A stretch of DNA of 64,000 nucleotides, taken from Escherichia coli (GTDB taxonomy: Bacteria; Pseudomonadota; Gammaproteobacteria; Enterobacterales; Enterobacteriaceae). Under the pieces are notes generated by a model, which was given only the letters and a program-made list of their open reading frames with translations, did not search any database and had not been told where the DNA came from. This document shows positions 1 through 17,094 of the stretch, one piece after another (position 1 is the first letter of the stretch; each line of letters starts with the position of its first letter). The DNA lies in the NCBI RefSeq assembly GCF_011045215.1, contig NZ_CP049201.1; one strand, given 5' to 3'. Position numbers and translations under genes: made by a program.

Positions 1-196
1 TGGAACGGAAAATGTTCACAATCGCAGAAACGGTACGATACAGCTTCGCGTTAGCAATAATTTGCCCCGGACGCGTGACATAAAGCAGGACGCCAACCGG
101 CAGACCAATCACAAACCCAAAAAATCCGGATACGAAGGTCATTGCCAGCGTTTCCCATACGCCACGAACCAGCAGCCACATCATCGGCTCAGACAT
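1..196 (-). CDS. metI: Methionine ABC transporter permease MetI, 5' part only (gene runs off the window start)
   Basis: Reverse-strand translation from the ATG at 194-196 gives [21 protein letters not shown]..., matching the MetI N-terminus; sits immediately downstream of metN on the minus strand as in the metNIQ operon. Confidence 0.85.
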   Translation of the reverse strand, partial: MSEPMMWLLVRGVWETLAMTFVSGFFGFVIGLPVGVLLYVTRPGQIIANAKLYRTVSAIVNIFRS

Positions 197-1220
197 AACC
201 CAGTACCTCTACTTTTACATGGTGTTCCTGCAGCCAGGCAATGGCGGCTTGCGTATCTTGTTGTGTGCCGTGCATTTCAGTCAGCATGATGCCGAATTTA
301 ACGCCACCAGCGTAGTCCATCTGCGCGCTAATAATGTTGTTGTTGACGTTGAAACGACGCGCGGTTTCAGAAAGCAGTGGGGCATCGACCGATTGACCGG
401 TAAACTCCAGACGCAGCATCGGCACGCAGTCAGTGAATGGCTCCGCTTGCAGACGTTCCTGGTAATCTTCCGGGATATCCAGATGCAGGGTTGACTGAAT
501 AAACTTCTGCGCCAGCGGCGTTTTCGGATGTGAGAACACTTCACTTACCGTGTCCTGCTCGATTAGTTCGCCATTGCTGATGACCGCCACGCAATCACAA
601 ATACGCTTCACAACGTCCATTTCGTGGGTGATCAACAGAATCGTCAAACCCAGACGGCGGTTGATGTCTTTCAGCAGTTCGAGAATAGAACGTGTCGTTG
701 CCGGGTCCAGCGCGCTGGTGGCTTCATCACACAGCAATACTTTGGGATTGCTGGCTAATGCACGGGCAATCGCCACACGTTGTTTCTGCCCACCGGAAAG
801 ATTCGACGGGTAGCTATCATGCTTATCGCCAAGACCAACCAATGACAGCAATTCCGTCACGCGACGTTTGATCTCGTCTTTCGGTGTATTGTCCAGCTCC
901 AGCGGCAGAGCCACGTTGCCAAAAACAGTACGCGAAGAGAGCAGGTTAAAATGCTGGAAAATCATACCAATCTGGCGACGAGCTTTGGTCAACTCGGATT
1001 CTGACAGCGTGGTCAGTTCCTGGCCATCGACCAGCACGCTACCCTCGGTTGGGCGCTCCAGCAGGTTTACACAACGTATAAGCGTACTCTTACCCGCGCC
1101 TGAGGCACCGATAACGCCATAAATTTGTCCAGCTGGCACATGCAGGCTGACGTTGTTCAACGCCTGGATGATGCGGGTGCCCTGGTGGAACACTTTGGTG
1201 ATATTCGAAAGTTTTATCAT
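189..1220 (-). CDS. metN: Methionine ABC transporter ATP-binding protein MetN
   Basis: 343-aa ORF with Walker A (GASGAGKST), ABC signature (LSGGQKQR) and a C-terminal NIL-type regulatory domain; conserved position upstream of metI. Confidence 0.92.
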   Translation of the reverse strand: MIKLSNITKVFHQGTRIIQALNNVSLHVPAGQIYGVIGASGAGKSTLIRCVNLLERPTEGSVLVDGQELTTLSESELTKARRQIGMIFQHFNLLSSRTVFGNVALPLELDNTPKDEIKRRVTELLSLVGLGDKHDSYPSNLSGGQKQRVAIARALASNPKVLLCDEATSALDPATTRSILELLKDINRRLGLTILLITHEMDVVKRICDCVAVISNGELIEQDTVSEVFSHPKTPLAQKFIQSTLHLDIPEDYQERLQAEPFTDCVPMLRLEFTGQSVDAPLLSETARRFNVNNNIISAQMDYAGGVKFGIMLTEMHGTQQDTQAAIAWLQEHHVKVEVLGYV

Positions 1221-1407
1221 TGATTATTTATTATCGTCATTAAGTTAGTCGTGGCATCTCGAATGCCTGAAACGGGCAACGCCGTCAATGAAATGGATGT
1301 TAAGGCATCCAGACGTCTAAATCAATCAGGTTTATGCGAAGAGCACTTTCTTGCAGGTCGAAACATGCGATACTAGCGTCACATGCCTTATTAAGGAGCT
1401 ATAAAAG

Positions 1408-1983
1408 GTGGCGAAGAGCGTACCCGCAATTTTTCTTGACCGTGACGGCACTATTAATGTCGATCACGGCTATGTCCATGAGATCGACAACTTTGAATTT
1501 ATCGACGGTGTTATTGACGCCATGCGCGAGCTAAAAAAAATGGGCTTTGCGCTGGTGGTAGTAACCAACCAGTCTGGCATTGCTCGCGGTAAATTTACCG
1601 AAGCACAGTTTGAAACGCTGACCGAGTGGATGGACTGGTCGCTGGCGGACCGAGATGTCGATCTGGATGGTATATATTATTGCCCGCATCATCCGCAGGG
1701 TAGTGTTGAAGAGTTTCGCCAGGTCTGCGATTGCCGCAAACCACATCCGGGGATGCTTTTGTCAGCACGCGATTATTTGCATATTGATATGGCCGCTTCT
1801 TATATGGTGGGCGATAAATTAGAAGATATGCAGGCAGCGGTTGCGGCGAACGTGGGAACAAAAGTGCTGGTGCGTACGGGTAAACCTATTACACCTGAAG
1901 CAGAAAACGCGGCAGATTGGGTGTTAAATAGCCTGGCAGACCTGCCGCAAGCGATAAAAAAGCAGCAAAAACCGGCGCAATGA
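1408..1983 (+). CDS. gmhB: D-glycero-beta-D-manno-heptose-1,7-bisphosphate 7-phosphatase (HAD family)
   Basis: 191-aa ORF with HAD motif FLDRDGTIN; conserved position between metN and the rrnH operon. Confidence 0.9.
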
Positions 1984-2019
1984 TTAAAAGATGAGCGATT
2001 GAAATAAAAATGCATTTTT

Positions 2020-2165
2020 CCGCTTGTCTTCCTGAGCCGACTCCCTATAATGCGCCTCCATCGACACGGCGGATGTGAATCACTTCACACAAACAGCCGG
2101 TTCGGTTGAAGAGAAAAATCCTGAAATTCAGGGTTGACTCTGAAAGAGGAAAGCGTAATATACGC
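2020..2165 (+). promoter_or_regulatory. rrn tandem promoters P1 and P2 with AT-rich upstream region
   Basis: TTGTCT (2025-2030) with TATAAT (2046-2051), and TTGACT (2134-2139) with TAATAT (2156-2161, 16-bp spacer), both upstream of the 16S gene; AT-rich tract upstream of P1. Confidence 0.6.
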
Positions 2166-2201
2166 CACCTCGCGACAGTGAGCTGAAAGCCGCGTCGCAA
2201 C

Positions 2202-2214
2202 TGCTCTTTAACAA
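2202..2214 (+). promoter_or_regulatory. boxA antitermination element in the rrn leader
   Basis: TGCTCTTTAACAA matches the rrn boxA consensus in the leader upstream of the 16S gene. Confidence 0.7.
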
Positions 2215-2345
2215 TTTATCAGACAATCTGTGTGGGCACTCGAAGATACGGATTCTTAACGTCGCAAGACGAAAAATGAATACCAAGTCTCAAGAGTGAA
2301 CACGTAATTCATTACGAAGTTTAATTCTTTGAGCATCAAACTTTT

Positions 2346-3887
<1,542 letters not shown>

Positions 3888-3955
3888 CCTTAAAGAAGCG
3901 TTCTTTGTAGTGCTCACACAGATTGTCTGATGAAAATGAGCAGTAAAACCTCTAC

Positions 3956-4032
<77 letters not shown>

Positions 4033-4074
4033 AATTTGCACGGCAAATTTGAAGAGGTTTTAACTACATGTTAT

Positions 4075-4150
4075 GGGGCTATAGCTCAGCTGGGAGAGCG
4101 CCTGCTTTGCACGCAGGAGGTCTGCGGTTCGATCCCGCATAGCTCCACCA
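4075..4150 (+). tRNA. alaV: tRNA-Ala (TGC anticodon) in the 16S-23S spacer
   Basis: GGGGCTATAGCTCAGCTGGGAGAGCGCCTGCTTTGCACGCAGGAGGTCTGCGGTTCGATCCCGCATAGCTCCACCA, 76 nt. Confidence 0.95.
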
Positions 4151-4334
4151 TCTCTGTAGTGATTAAATAAAAAATACTTCAGAGTGTACCTGCAAAGGTT
4201 CACTGCGAAGTTTTGCTCTTTAAAAATCTGGATCAAGCTGAAAATTGAAACACTGAACAACGAAAGTTGTTCGTGAGTCTCTCAAATTTTCGCAACACGA
4301 TGATGAATCGCAAGAAACATCTTCGGGTTGTGAG

Positions 4335-7236
<2,902 letters not shown>

Positions 7237-7329
7237 ACAACGCCGAAGCTGTTTTGGCGGATTGAGAGAAGATTTTCAGCCTGATACAGATTAAATCAGA
7301 ACGCAGAAGCGGTCTGATAAAACAGAATT

Positions 7330-7449
7330 TGCCTGGCGGCCGTAGCGCGGTGGTCCCACCTGACCCCATGCCGAACTCAGAAGTGAAACGCCGTAGCGCC
7401 GATGGTAGTGTGGGGTCTCCCCATGCGAGAGTAGGGAACTGCCAGGCAT
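7330..7449 (+). rRNA. rrfH: 5S ribosomal RNA
   Basis: TGCCTGGCGGCCGTAGCGCGGTGG...GGAACTGCCAGGCAT, 120 nt. Confidence 0.96.
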
Positions 7450-7501
7450 CAAATTAAGCAGTAAGCCGGTCATAAAACCGGTGGTTGTAAAAGAATTCGG
7501 T

Positions 7502-7578
7502 GGAGCGGTAGTTCAGTCGGTTAGAATACCTGCCTGTCACGCAGGGGGTCGCGGGTTCGAGTCCCGTCCGTTCCGCCA
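7502..7578 (+). tRNA. aspU: tRNA-Asp (GTC anticodon) distal to the rrn operon
   Basis: GGAGCGGTAGTTCAGTCGGTTAGAATACCTGCCTGTCACGCAGGGGGTCGCGGGTTCGAGTCCCGTCCGTTCCGCCA, 77 nt. Confidence 0.95.
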
Positions 7579-7588
7579 CTTATTAAGA

Positions 7589-7618
7589 AGCCTCGAGTTA
7601 TCGCTCGAGGTTTTTTTT
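7589..7618 (+). terminator. Rho-independent terminator of the rrn operon
   Basis: Inverted repeat CCTCGAG-N-CTCGAGG followed by a run of T residues directly after the tRNA-Asp. Confidence 0.7.
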
Positions 7619-7740
7619 CGTCTACATTTCTATTATTGCTAAAATCGCAAAAATCCTCTGCATTTTACGCTCTTTTTCCGCAACAGTCTGAAGCCCATAA
7701 TCACCTCAGTTAACGAAAATAGCATTAAAAGAGGCATATT

Positions 7741-8544
7741 ATGGCTATCCCTGCATTTGGTTTAGGTACTTTCCGTCTGAAAGACGACGTTGTTATTTCA
7801 TCTGTGAAAACGGCGCTTGAACTTGGTTATCGCGCAATTGATACCGCACAAATCTATGATAACGAAGCCGCAGTAGGTCAGGCGATTGCAGAAAGTGGCG
7901 TGCCACGTCATGAACTCTACATCACCACTAAAATCTGGATTGAAAATCTCAGCAAAGACAAATTGATCCCAAGTCTGAAAGAGAGCCTGCAAAAATTGCG
8001 TACTGATTATGTTGATCTGACGCTAATCCACTGGCCGTCACCAAACGATGAAGTCTCTGTTGAAGAGTTTATGCAGGCGCTGCTGGAAGCCAAAAAACAA
8101 GGGCTGACGCGTGAGATCGGTATTTCCAACTTCACGATCCCATTGATGGAAAAGGCGATTGCTGCTGTTGGCGCTGAAAACATCGCTACTAACCAGATTG
8201 AACTCTCTCCTTATCTGCAAAACCGTAAAGTGGTTGCCTGGGCTAAACAGCACGGCATCCATATTACTTCCTATATGACGCTGGCGTATGGTAAGGCCCT
8301 GAAAGATGAGGTTATTGCTCGTATCGCAGCTAAACACAATGCGACTCCGGCACAAGTGATTCTGGCGTGGGCTATGGGGGAAGGTTACTCAGTAATTCCT
8401 TCTTCTACTAAACGTAAAAACCTGGAAAGTAATCTTAAGGCACAAAATTTACAGCTTGATGCCGAAGATAAAAAAGCGATCGCCGCACTGGATTGCAACG
8501 ACCGCCTGGTTAGCCCGGAAGGTCTGGCTCCTGAATGGGATTAA
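7741..8544 (+). CDS. dkgB: 2,5-diketo-D-gluconate reductase B (aldo-keto reductase)
   Basis: 267-aa ORF with aldo-keto reductase character ([15 protein letters not shown]); conserved position after rrnH. Confidence 0.9.
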   Translation: MAIPAFGLGTFRLKDDVVISSVKTALELGYRAIDTAQIYDNEAAVGQAIAESGVPRHELYITTKIWIENLSKDKLIPSLKESLQKLRTDYVDLTLIHWPSPNDEVSVEEFMQALLEAKKQGLTREIGISNFTIPLMEKAIAAVGAENIATNQIELSPYLQNRKVVAWAKQHGIHITSYMTLAYGKALKDEVIARIAAKHNATPAQVILAWAMGEGYSVIPSSTKRKNLESNLKAQNLQLDAEDKKAIAALDCNDRLVSPEGLAPEWD

Positions 8545-9455
8545 GCCTCTCTGACAGCTCCTCCGGGAGCTGTTTTTACATGCTCGCTAAGGAAATCGAT
8601 AAAAGCCCGGATGCGCGTACTTACCGCACGGTCGCTGTAATAGACTGCACTGAATGGCATTTCCACTGGCAACACTTTATCTGCCATTAACTCCACCAAT
8701 TCTCCGCGAGCGATTTCTCTGTCGATCATATAGTCGGACAAACACGCAATCCCGTTGCCACTCAGGCAAAGCTGTTTCAGTGTTTCCCCACTATTGGATG
8801 ACAAACCGTACTTCACCTCATGTAATTGTCCATCGCTACAGGCTATCGGCCAGGTATTGAGGGAAGCGGGTTCAGTGAATCCCAGGCAAACATGTTGCTT
8901 TAAATCGTCGATCGTTTCTGGCTTCCCGTAGCGGGAAATATAATCGGGGGAGGCGATAATTTTTCGATAACTGTTAAATAACGGCCTGGCACGTAAGCTG
9001 GAATCCGTTAACGTACCAGCGCGTATCGCGACATCCACTTTTCTTTCGATCAAATTAATAATCGTTTCGGAGGAGACTAGCGACAAAGTGACTTCCGGAT
9101 AGCGTTCACGGAAAGGCTTAATTAACGGCATCAGAAAGTGCAGCACCACTGGAGTTGCGGCATCGATCCGTAACAGTCCACGCGGTGTATTACGCGTCTC
9201 CATAATTTCTGATTCTGCCGCTGCCATCTCCTGCAAAATTGACTGTACGCGACGGAAATAACGCTCGCCTTCTTCCGTCAGGCTAAGTTGTCGCGTGGTC
9301 CGATTAAGCAGGCTAACGCCAAGTTTCATCTCCAGCTTTTTCACCGCCCGGCTTACCGCTGAGTTTGCTTGCCCTAATTGTTCCGCTGCCCGGCTAAAGC
9401 TGCCGCTTTCTACGACCGAAACAAAAATGGCGAGTTCTTCCGAAGTGGCTTTCAT
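8541..9455 (-). CDS. yafC: LysR-family transcriptional regulator
   Basis: 304-aa ORF with N-terminal LysR-type HTH ([36 protein letters not shown]) and a LysR substrate-binding domain; divergent or convergent neighbours as in K-12. Confidence 0.88.
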   Translation of the reverse strand: MKATSEELAIFVSVVESGSFSRAAEQLGQANSAVSRAVKKLEMKLGVSLLNRTTRQLSLTEEGERYFRRVQSILQEMAAAESEIMETRNTPRGLLRIDAATPVVLHFLMPLIKPFRERYPEVTLSLVSSETIINLIERKVDVAIRAGTLTDSSLRARPLFNSYRKIIASPDYISRYGKPETIDDLKQHVCLGFTEPASLNTWPIACSDGQLHEVKYGLSSNSGETLKQLCLSGNGIACLSDYMIDREIARGELVELMADKVLPVEMPFSAVYYSDRAVSTRIRAFIDFLSEHVKTAPGGAVREA

Positions 9456-9644
9456 TTTTGCTCCTGTTGCAAAATAGAAGAGATATTTTGAATTTATTTG
9501 TCATTAAACCATCAGGATGCGTGATATGTCATCCGATTTAATGTTCTCAATAATGAGCAAAATTCTGACCGGTGTAAGCACTTGCTTACATAACAATATA
9601 CAATTGCTCGTTGAAAGAGTGAGCTAAAATCCCTATAACAGTAG

Positions 9645-10496
<852 letters not shown>

Positions 10497-10573
10497 GGTA
10501 TGTCAGGTCTGCCACAGGGCAGACCAACGTTTGGCGCTGCCCTTTTATACTCAAATAACAAAAGGACAGCGCA

Positions 10574-11344
10574 ATGACAATACAATCCCACCATGACCAT
10601 GTAGAAAAGCAGTTTAGCTCTCAAGCCAGCGAATATCTGACCAGTACCGTACATGCATCCGGACGAGATTTACAGCGCCTGGCGGTGTGTCTGGCTGATT
10701 ATCCTGATGCAAGTGTACTTGATATGGGCTGCGGAGCAGGGCATGCCAGCTTTGTCGCTGCGCAAAACGTGAGCACGGTGGTGGCGTATGACTTATCTGC
10801 CCAAATGCTGGATGTCGTGGCACAAGCTGCCGAAGTCCGGCAACTGAAAAATATCACCACCCGCCAGGGTTATGCCGAAAGTCAGCCATTTGCCGATAAC
10901 GCATTTGATATTGTTATCAGCCGTTATTCTGCCCATCACTGGCATGATGTTGGTGCAGCACTGCGTGAAGTGAACCGGATATTGAAACCTGGCGGTAGGC
11001 TGATTGTGATGGACGTAATGTCTCCGGGCCACCCAGTGCGCGACATCTGGTTACAGACGGTAGAAGCATTACGCGATACCTCTCACGTACGAAACTACGC
11101 CAGCGGTGAGTGGTTGAGGTTAATCAATGAAGCCAATCTGATAGTTGATAATTTAATTACAGATAAGTTACCGCTGGAATTTTCTTCATGGGTCGCGAGA
11201 ATGCGTACGCCAGAAGCGTTAGTAGACGCTATTCGCATTTACCAACAGAGCGCATCGACAGAGGTGAGAACGTATTTTGCCTTGCAGAATGATGGCTCTT
11301 TCACCAGTGATATCATCATGGTAGATGCACATAAAGCGGCATAA
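10574..11344 (+). CDS. yafE: SAM-dependent methyltransferase
   Basis: 256-aa ORF with methyltransferase motif I (VLDMGCGAGH); conserved position. Confidence 0.85.
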   Translation: MTIQSHHDHVEKQFSSQASEYLTSTVHASGRDLQRLAVCLADYPDASVLDMGCGAGHASFVAAQNVSTVVAYDLSAQMLDVVAQAAEVRQLKNITTRQGYAESQPFADNAFDIVISRYSAHHWHDVGAALREVNRILKPGGRLIVMDVMSPGHPVRDIWLQTVEALRDTSHVRNYASGEWLRLINEANLIVDNLITDKLPLEFSSWVARMRTPEALVDAIRIYQQSASTEVRTYFALQNDGSFTSDIIMVDAHKAA

Positions 11345-11352
11345 ATAAAAAA

Positions 11353-11380
11353 GGCACCGGGGGAATCGGTGCCTTTTTAT
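11353..11380. terminator. Bidirectional rho-independent terminator between yafE and mltD
   Basis: GGCACCGGGGGAATCGGTGCC hairpin flanked by an A-run upstream and a T-run downstream, between convergent genes. Confidence 0.7.
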
Positions 11381-11391
11381 TATCTGGTTTG

Positions 11392-12750
11392 TCAGGAATC
11401 TGGCATGTTGTTGTTTTTCACAAACAACGTCAGCTTATCGCCTGGTTGCAGATTCGCAGTGTCGCTGTTCCAGCGCATCACATCTTTGATGTTCACGCCG
11501 TGGCGTTTAGCAATGCTTGAAAGCGAATCGCCTTTGCGCACACGATACGTAATGCTATCGCTGTTGTTTGCCAGTCGCTGTGCGCTACTGCCTGCACCAA
11601 TCGTCAAACTTTGGCCTGGCTTCAGCTTAGATCCGCGCAGTTTGTTCCACTGCTGCAAATCTTTGGTGCTTACGCCGAGACGTGAAGCGATGCTTGAAAG
11701 CGTGTCGCCAGAGCGTACGGTGTAAACACGGCTGTTAAGCGGCGTATTGTCGACAACCAGCGTCGACTGTACAGCAGCAATCTCGCCTGAAGCGAGAGAT
11801 TCACGCAGTTGATCTGCATGCTTCTTTGGCACCATCACGTACTGCGGACCACTTGCGCCCAGCGTGGAGCCTTTCACGCCAGCGTTGAATGTCTTCAGCT
11901 TGCTGACGGAAATCCCCGCCATATCTGCAACCTTCGCCATTTCAACCGGGCTGCTCAGGTGCACACGCGCCAGAGCACGGCTTTCATCGGTCGTTGGCAG
12001 ACGTACGCCATAACGCTTGCTGTTTTTGAGAATATCACTCAATGCCAGCATTTTAGGCACGTACTGCTTCGTTTCCTGCGGCAACGGTAACGACCAGAAG
12101 TCCGTGGATTTCCCACGCGCTTTGTTCGTTTTAATTGCCTTCATGACCCGACCTTCGCCGCTGTTATAAGCCGCTACGGTCAGAAGCCAGTCGCCGTCAA
12201 ACATTTTGTTCAGACGCTGCATCATGTTCAGCGCGGCAGTTGTTGAAGCAACAACATCGCGACGCGCGTCATAATTGCGGGTCTGTTTCAAACCATAATT
12301 GCGCCCCGTGCTCGGAATGATCTGCCAGATGCCTGCGGCATTGGCGCCAGACGTTGCGTGAGGATCAAAAGCGCTCTCCACTATGGGTAGTAGTACCAGT
12401 TCCATAGGCATGTTACGTTTTTTAACTTGCCCGGCTATCCAGTACATATACGGCTCTGCCCGTAAAGTTACATCGTGGAGATAGCTCTTATTGCGTAAAT
12501 ATTTCTGTTTCTGTTCGCGAATCCGGTCATTTTCCGGAATTCCCATCTTTAGCTCGTCGCCAATGAAAGCCCACAAGTCACCATCTGGCGCGATAGACGT
12601 CCCATCGTCCATCCATCGTGCCTGACTTGTAAACTTTGCTGCTTCCCCTTGACCAGCTGCAGAAAGGCTCTGTGCGTGCTGTTGTACGTTGCCGGTACTC
12701 TGGCAACCCACGAGCAGGACAGAGGCGAGTAATATCGCTTTTGCCTTCAT
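11392..12750 (-). CDS. mltD: Membrane-bound lytic murein transglycosylase D (lipoprotein with LysM repeats)
   Basis: 452-aa ORF with signal peptide and lipobox (LVGCQS), a transglycosylase core and two C-terminal LysM repeats (YTVRSGDTLSSIA..., YRVRKGDSLSSIA...). Confidence 0.9.
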   Translation of the reverse strand: MKAKAILLASVLLVGCQSTGNVQQHAQSLSAAGQGEAAKFTSQARWMDDGTSIAPDGDLWAFIGDELKMGIPENDRIREQKQKYLRNKSYLHDVTLRAEPYMYWIAGQVKKRNMPMELVLLPIVESAFDPHATSGANAAGIWQIIPSTGRNYGLKQTRNYDARRDVVASTTAALNMMQRLNKMFDGDWLLTVAAYNSGEGRVMKAIKTNKARGKSTDFWSLPLPQETKQYVPKMLALSDILKNSKRYGVRLPTTDESRALARVHLSSPVEMAKVADMAGISVSKLKTFNAGVKGSTLGASGPQYVMVPKKHADQLRESLASGEIAAVQSTLVVDNTPLNSRVYTVRSGDTLSSIASRLGVSTKDLQQWNKLRGSKLKPGQSLTIGAGSSAQRLANNSDSITYRVRKGDSLSSIAKRHGVNIKDVMRWNSDTANLQPGDKLTLFVKNNNMPDS

Positions 12751-12821
12751 GTGTGTGTCAATAGTTGCTTAAAAGACGACCGATCATAACGGCGAACGGA
12801 GCCGATGACAAGAAAGTTTTA

Positions 12822-13580
<759 letters not shown>

Positions 13581-13592
13581 TTACCTCTCAGT

Positions 13593-14333
13593 GTGAAACG
13601 GAAGGTTGTGATGAAACCGGCAAGAGTCCCTCAAACTGTCGTGGCTCCTGATTGCTGGGGCGATTTGCCCTGGGGAGAGCTTTATCGCAAGGCGCTGGAG
13701 CGCCAGCTCAACCCGTGGTTCACTAAAATGTATGGTTTTCATCTGCTTAAGATTGGCAATTTAAGCGCAGAAATCAATTGCGAAGCGTGCGCGGTTTCTC
13801 ATCAAGTGAATGTTTCTGCGCAAGGAATGCCCGTCCAGGTGCAGGCGGACCCACTTCATCTTCCTTTTGCCGATAAATCCGTTGATGTTTGTCTACTGGC
13901 ACATACATTGCCGTGGTGCACAGATCCGCATCGTTTATTGCGTGAAGCCGATCGGGTATTGATTGATGATGGCTGGCTGGTCATTAGTGGCTTCAATCCC
14001 ATCAGTTTAATGGGATTACGCAAACTTGTGCCGGTATTGCGAAAAAACTCGCCCTATAACAGCCGGATGTTTACTCTGATGCGGCAGCTGGACTGGCTCT
14101 CTTTGTTGAATTTTGAAGTGCTACACGCCAGCCGTTTCCACGTTCTCCCGTGGAACAAACACGGAGGAAAACTATTGAATGCGCATATTCCTGCGCTTGG
14201 TTGCTTACAACTTATTGTTGCCCGGAAACGGACTATTCCTTTAACGCTAAATCCGATGAAACAGAGTAAAAACAAGCCACGAATTCGCCAGGCGGTTGGT
14301 GCCACCCGGCAATGCCGTAAACCACAGGCTTAA
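13593..14333 (+). CDS. yafS: Methyltransferase-like protein
   Basis: 246-aa ORF in the conserved position between gloB and rnhA; the true start may be the internal Met (MKPARV...). Confidence 0.8.
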
Positions 14334-14797
14334 GCTTCGACTTGATAGCCCGTATCTTCCAGTGTGGGATTCATCGCTGCGGCACGAGCCAGTTCATCGC
14401 AACGTTCGTTTTCCGGGTGTCCTGCATGGCCTTTAACCCATTCCCATTTGATTTGATGCTGCCCCAATGCAGCATCAAGACGTTGCCAGAGATCGACATT
14501 TTTTACTGGTTTTTTGTCTGCGGTTTTCCAGCCACGTTTTTTCCAGTTATGGATCCACTGGGTGATACCCTGGCGGACATACTGGCTGTCGGTACTCAAA
14601 ATGACTTCGCAATGTTCTTTTAACGCCTCCAGCGCGACAATAGCGGCCATCAACTCCATGCGGTTGTTGGTGGTGCGGGTGTAGCCAGCGCTAAAAGTTT
14701 TCTCGCGTCCGCGATAGCGTAAAATAGCGCCGTAGCCCCCAGGTCCAGGATTACCCAGACACGAACCATCGGTGAAAATTTCTACCTGTTTAAGCAT
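14330..14797 (-). CDS. rnhA: Ribonuclease HI
   Basis: The ORF 14330..14908 contains [26 protein letters not shown]... beginning at an internal Met; trimmed to the 155-aa RNase HI length. Confidence 0.92.
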
Positions 14798-14861
14798 CTC
14801 TGGTAGACTTCCTGTAATTGAATCGAACTGTAAAACGACAAGTCTGACATAAATGACCGCT

Positions 14862-15593
14862 ATGAGCACTGCAATTACACGCCAGATCGTTCTCGATACC
14901 GAAACCACCGGTATGAACCAGATTGGTGCGCACTATGAAGGCCACAAGATCATTGAGATTGGTGCCGTTGAAGTGGTGAACCGTCGCCTGACGGGCAATA
15001 ACTTCCATGTTTATCTCAAACCCGATCGGCTGGTGGATCCGGAAGCCTTTGGCGTACATGGTATTGCCGATGAATTTTTGCTCGATAAGCCCACGTTTGC
15101 CGAAGTAGCCGATGAGTTCATGGACTATATTCGCGGCGCGGAGTTGGTGATCCATAACGCAGCGTTCGATATCGGCTTTATGGACTACGAGTTTTCGTTG
15201 CTTAAGCGCGATATTCCGAAGACCAACACCTTCTGTAAGGTCACCGATAGCCTTGCGGTGGCGAGGAAAATGTTTCCCGGTAAGCGCAACAGCCTCGATG
15301 CGTTATGTGCCCGCTACGAAATAGATAACAGTAAACGAACGCTGCACGGGGCATTACTCGATGCCCAGATCCTTGCGGAAGTTTATCTGGCGATGACTGG
15401 TGGTCAAACGTCGATGGCTTTTGCGATGGAAGGAGAGACACAACAGCAACAAGGTGAAGCGACAATTCAGCGCATTGTGCGTCAGGCAAGTAAGTTACGC
15501 ATTGTTTTTGCGACAGATGAAGAGCTTGCAGCACATGAGGCCCGTCTTGATCTGGTGCAGAAGAAGGGCGGAAGCTGCCTCTGGCGGGCATAA
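14862..15593 (+). CDS. dnaQ: DNA polymerase III epsilon subunit (3'-5' proofreading exonuclease)
   Basis: [19 protein letters not shown]... with Exo motifs; divergent from rnhA as in E. coli; start placed at the internal Met of the ORF. Confidence 0.92.
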
Positions 15594-15725
15594 TTACCTG
15601 TAAAAGGCGCTAAAAATAGCGAGTTGGGCGATTTTTGCAGCAAACGATTCAAAAGATGAGAAAAACCGTTGACGAAGGCCGAGTCAATTCGTAATATTCG
15701 CCTCGTTCCCAACGGAACACAACGC

Positions 15726-15802
15726 GGAGCGGTAGTTCAGTCGGTTAGAATACCTGCCTGTCACGCAGGGGGTCGCGGGTTCGAGTCCCGTCCGTTCCGC
15801 CA
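15726..15802 (+). tRNA. aspV: tRNA-Asp (GTC anticodon); island integration hotspot
   Basis: Sequence identical to the aspU copy at 7502..7578; followed by a terminator hairpin; foreign DNA begins immediately downstream. Confidence 0.95.
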
Positions 15803-15810
15803 CTATTCGA

Positions 15811-15842
15811 GGCCATGCTATTGATTAGCATGGCCTTTTTTA
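15811..15842 (+). terminator. Rho-independent terminator after aspV
   Basis: GGCCATGCTAAT-CAATAGCATGGCC hairpin followed by TTTTTTAT. Confidence 0.7.
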
Positions 15843-15934
15843 TGCTTGTTTTTTTCGGTATGCCATCCAGTATGCCATTGCCGTCTGGCTTGCACTGGCT
15901 CACCTGAGATAGCTTCGGACAACTCACTCACCTC

Positions 15935-16803
15935 TCATCTCGCTGGCAGTGCTCCCGGATAGTGTCGGGCGATGATGTTGTTCAGCTTATCAATCAACTC
16001 AGGTCGCTTGAATACGATGTGTGCAGTTCCCTTCTGAAAATACTTAATCACAAACATCTCATCCTCGTAACGGTTACTGTGCCTGTTCTCATGGATATGA
16101 TCGCTGAGACGACGGGTAACGTCAGCGCGGTTGTAGGGAACCGGTTTGCCATCAAGAAGCATCAGCATACGCTCAAGGTCAGCTAACCGGTCACGCTGCC
16201 AGCCCCAGTTAAGCCCAAATCCCCACCGATCGAACTTGACTAGTCCGGTAACGATAATTTTCGCCCCAAACTTGCAGGGGAATTTGTCTTAAAATTCCAG
16301 CTTAAACCTTTGAACACATTTATCACTCCGCGCTCAAACACCTCGCCCTTGTTCAGATGCAGTTGCTCAAACGTGCTGAGAATATTCTCTTCGCTGACGG
16401 CAGGAATGTCATCCTTTTCCAGACTGTTGTACCACTGGTCACGAGCCTGAGCATCCATGAGCGAAATCATGCCCGACTTCTTCATCAGGTCTCGCCATAT
16501 GCTGCGATCGAGATTACGGGTAATAGCTTTCATCGCCGCTTCTGGTTTCTCCATCAACCAGCAGCCGCAACGGAAATCCTGCTTCATAGCCCAGTCCAGC
16601 GCGGTTTTTCCCCCGATACTGCGGGTCAGCATCGAAACATCGTCCAGTTGTTGCATGAGCACTTCAATCTGCGCCAGCGCGGCATTACGTCCCGTGACAA
16701 TACGCTCAATGCTGGTGGAGCAAATCACGTCGGTGTGGCCGGTTAATACTTCGGGTTTGGTGAGAGTAAGCTCTGACATTATTTCGTTCCTTATATAAAG
16801 CAA
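15935..16803 (-). pseudogene. Island gene split into two ORFs (187 aa and 77 aa), probably one disrupted CP4-type hypothetical protein
   Basis: Two same-strand ORFs (16240..16803 and 15935..16168) separated by a short gap at the end of a CP4-like gene block; family not recognised with certainty. Confidence 0.4.
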
Positions 16804-16859
16804 AGCGCCAGCCGGTGAGGGCTGGCGATTATGAGTAAGTGATGAGTACTGTTCGGTGG

Positions 16860-17063
16860 TTAATCTGTACTGGTCTGTCGCAGAAGTTGAAGATGACGGA
16901 GATCGCGAACGTCCTGACGCGCACGTTCAATCCAGGGCAACAGCACTGCTGAATCGATGTTGTCTTCGTCGTTGTCGAAAATAATCATGTTCCCACAATC
17001 GATGTTGTCCTGCAGCCAGTCAATCAGAACGTTGAGAGCCACTTCGGTGGTTAATTTCTCCAT
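16860..17063 (-). CDS. Hypothetical small acidic protein (67 aa)
   Basis: ORF in operon-like array downstream of the toxin gene; no recognised motif. Confidence 0.4.
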   Translation of the reverse strand: MEKLTTEVALNVLIDWLQDNIDCGNMIIFDNDEDNIDSAVLLPWIERARQDVRDLRHLQLLRQTSTD

Positions 17064-17094
17064 GAGAATATCCTGTGCTTATTGGTGAGAAGAT

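Noticed and set aside
62-289. 75-aa plus-strand ORF at the window start
   Set aside because: It overlaps the well-supported metI/metN coding sequences on the opposite strand and has no motif or ribosome-binding-site support.
8556-8578. Possible terminator hairpin (CAGCTCC-TCCG-GGAGCTG followed by T-run) after dkgB
   Set aside because: A plausible dkgB terminator, but it lies inside the 3' coding end of the convergent yafC ORF; not strong enough to list as a feature.
15803-15935. Integrase gene or att repeat immediately downstream of aspV
   Set aside because: No integrase-like ORF is present on either strand near the tRNA, and I could not find a second copy of the tRNA 3' end in the window. 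Reported as an absence, not a feature.
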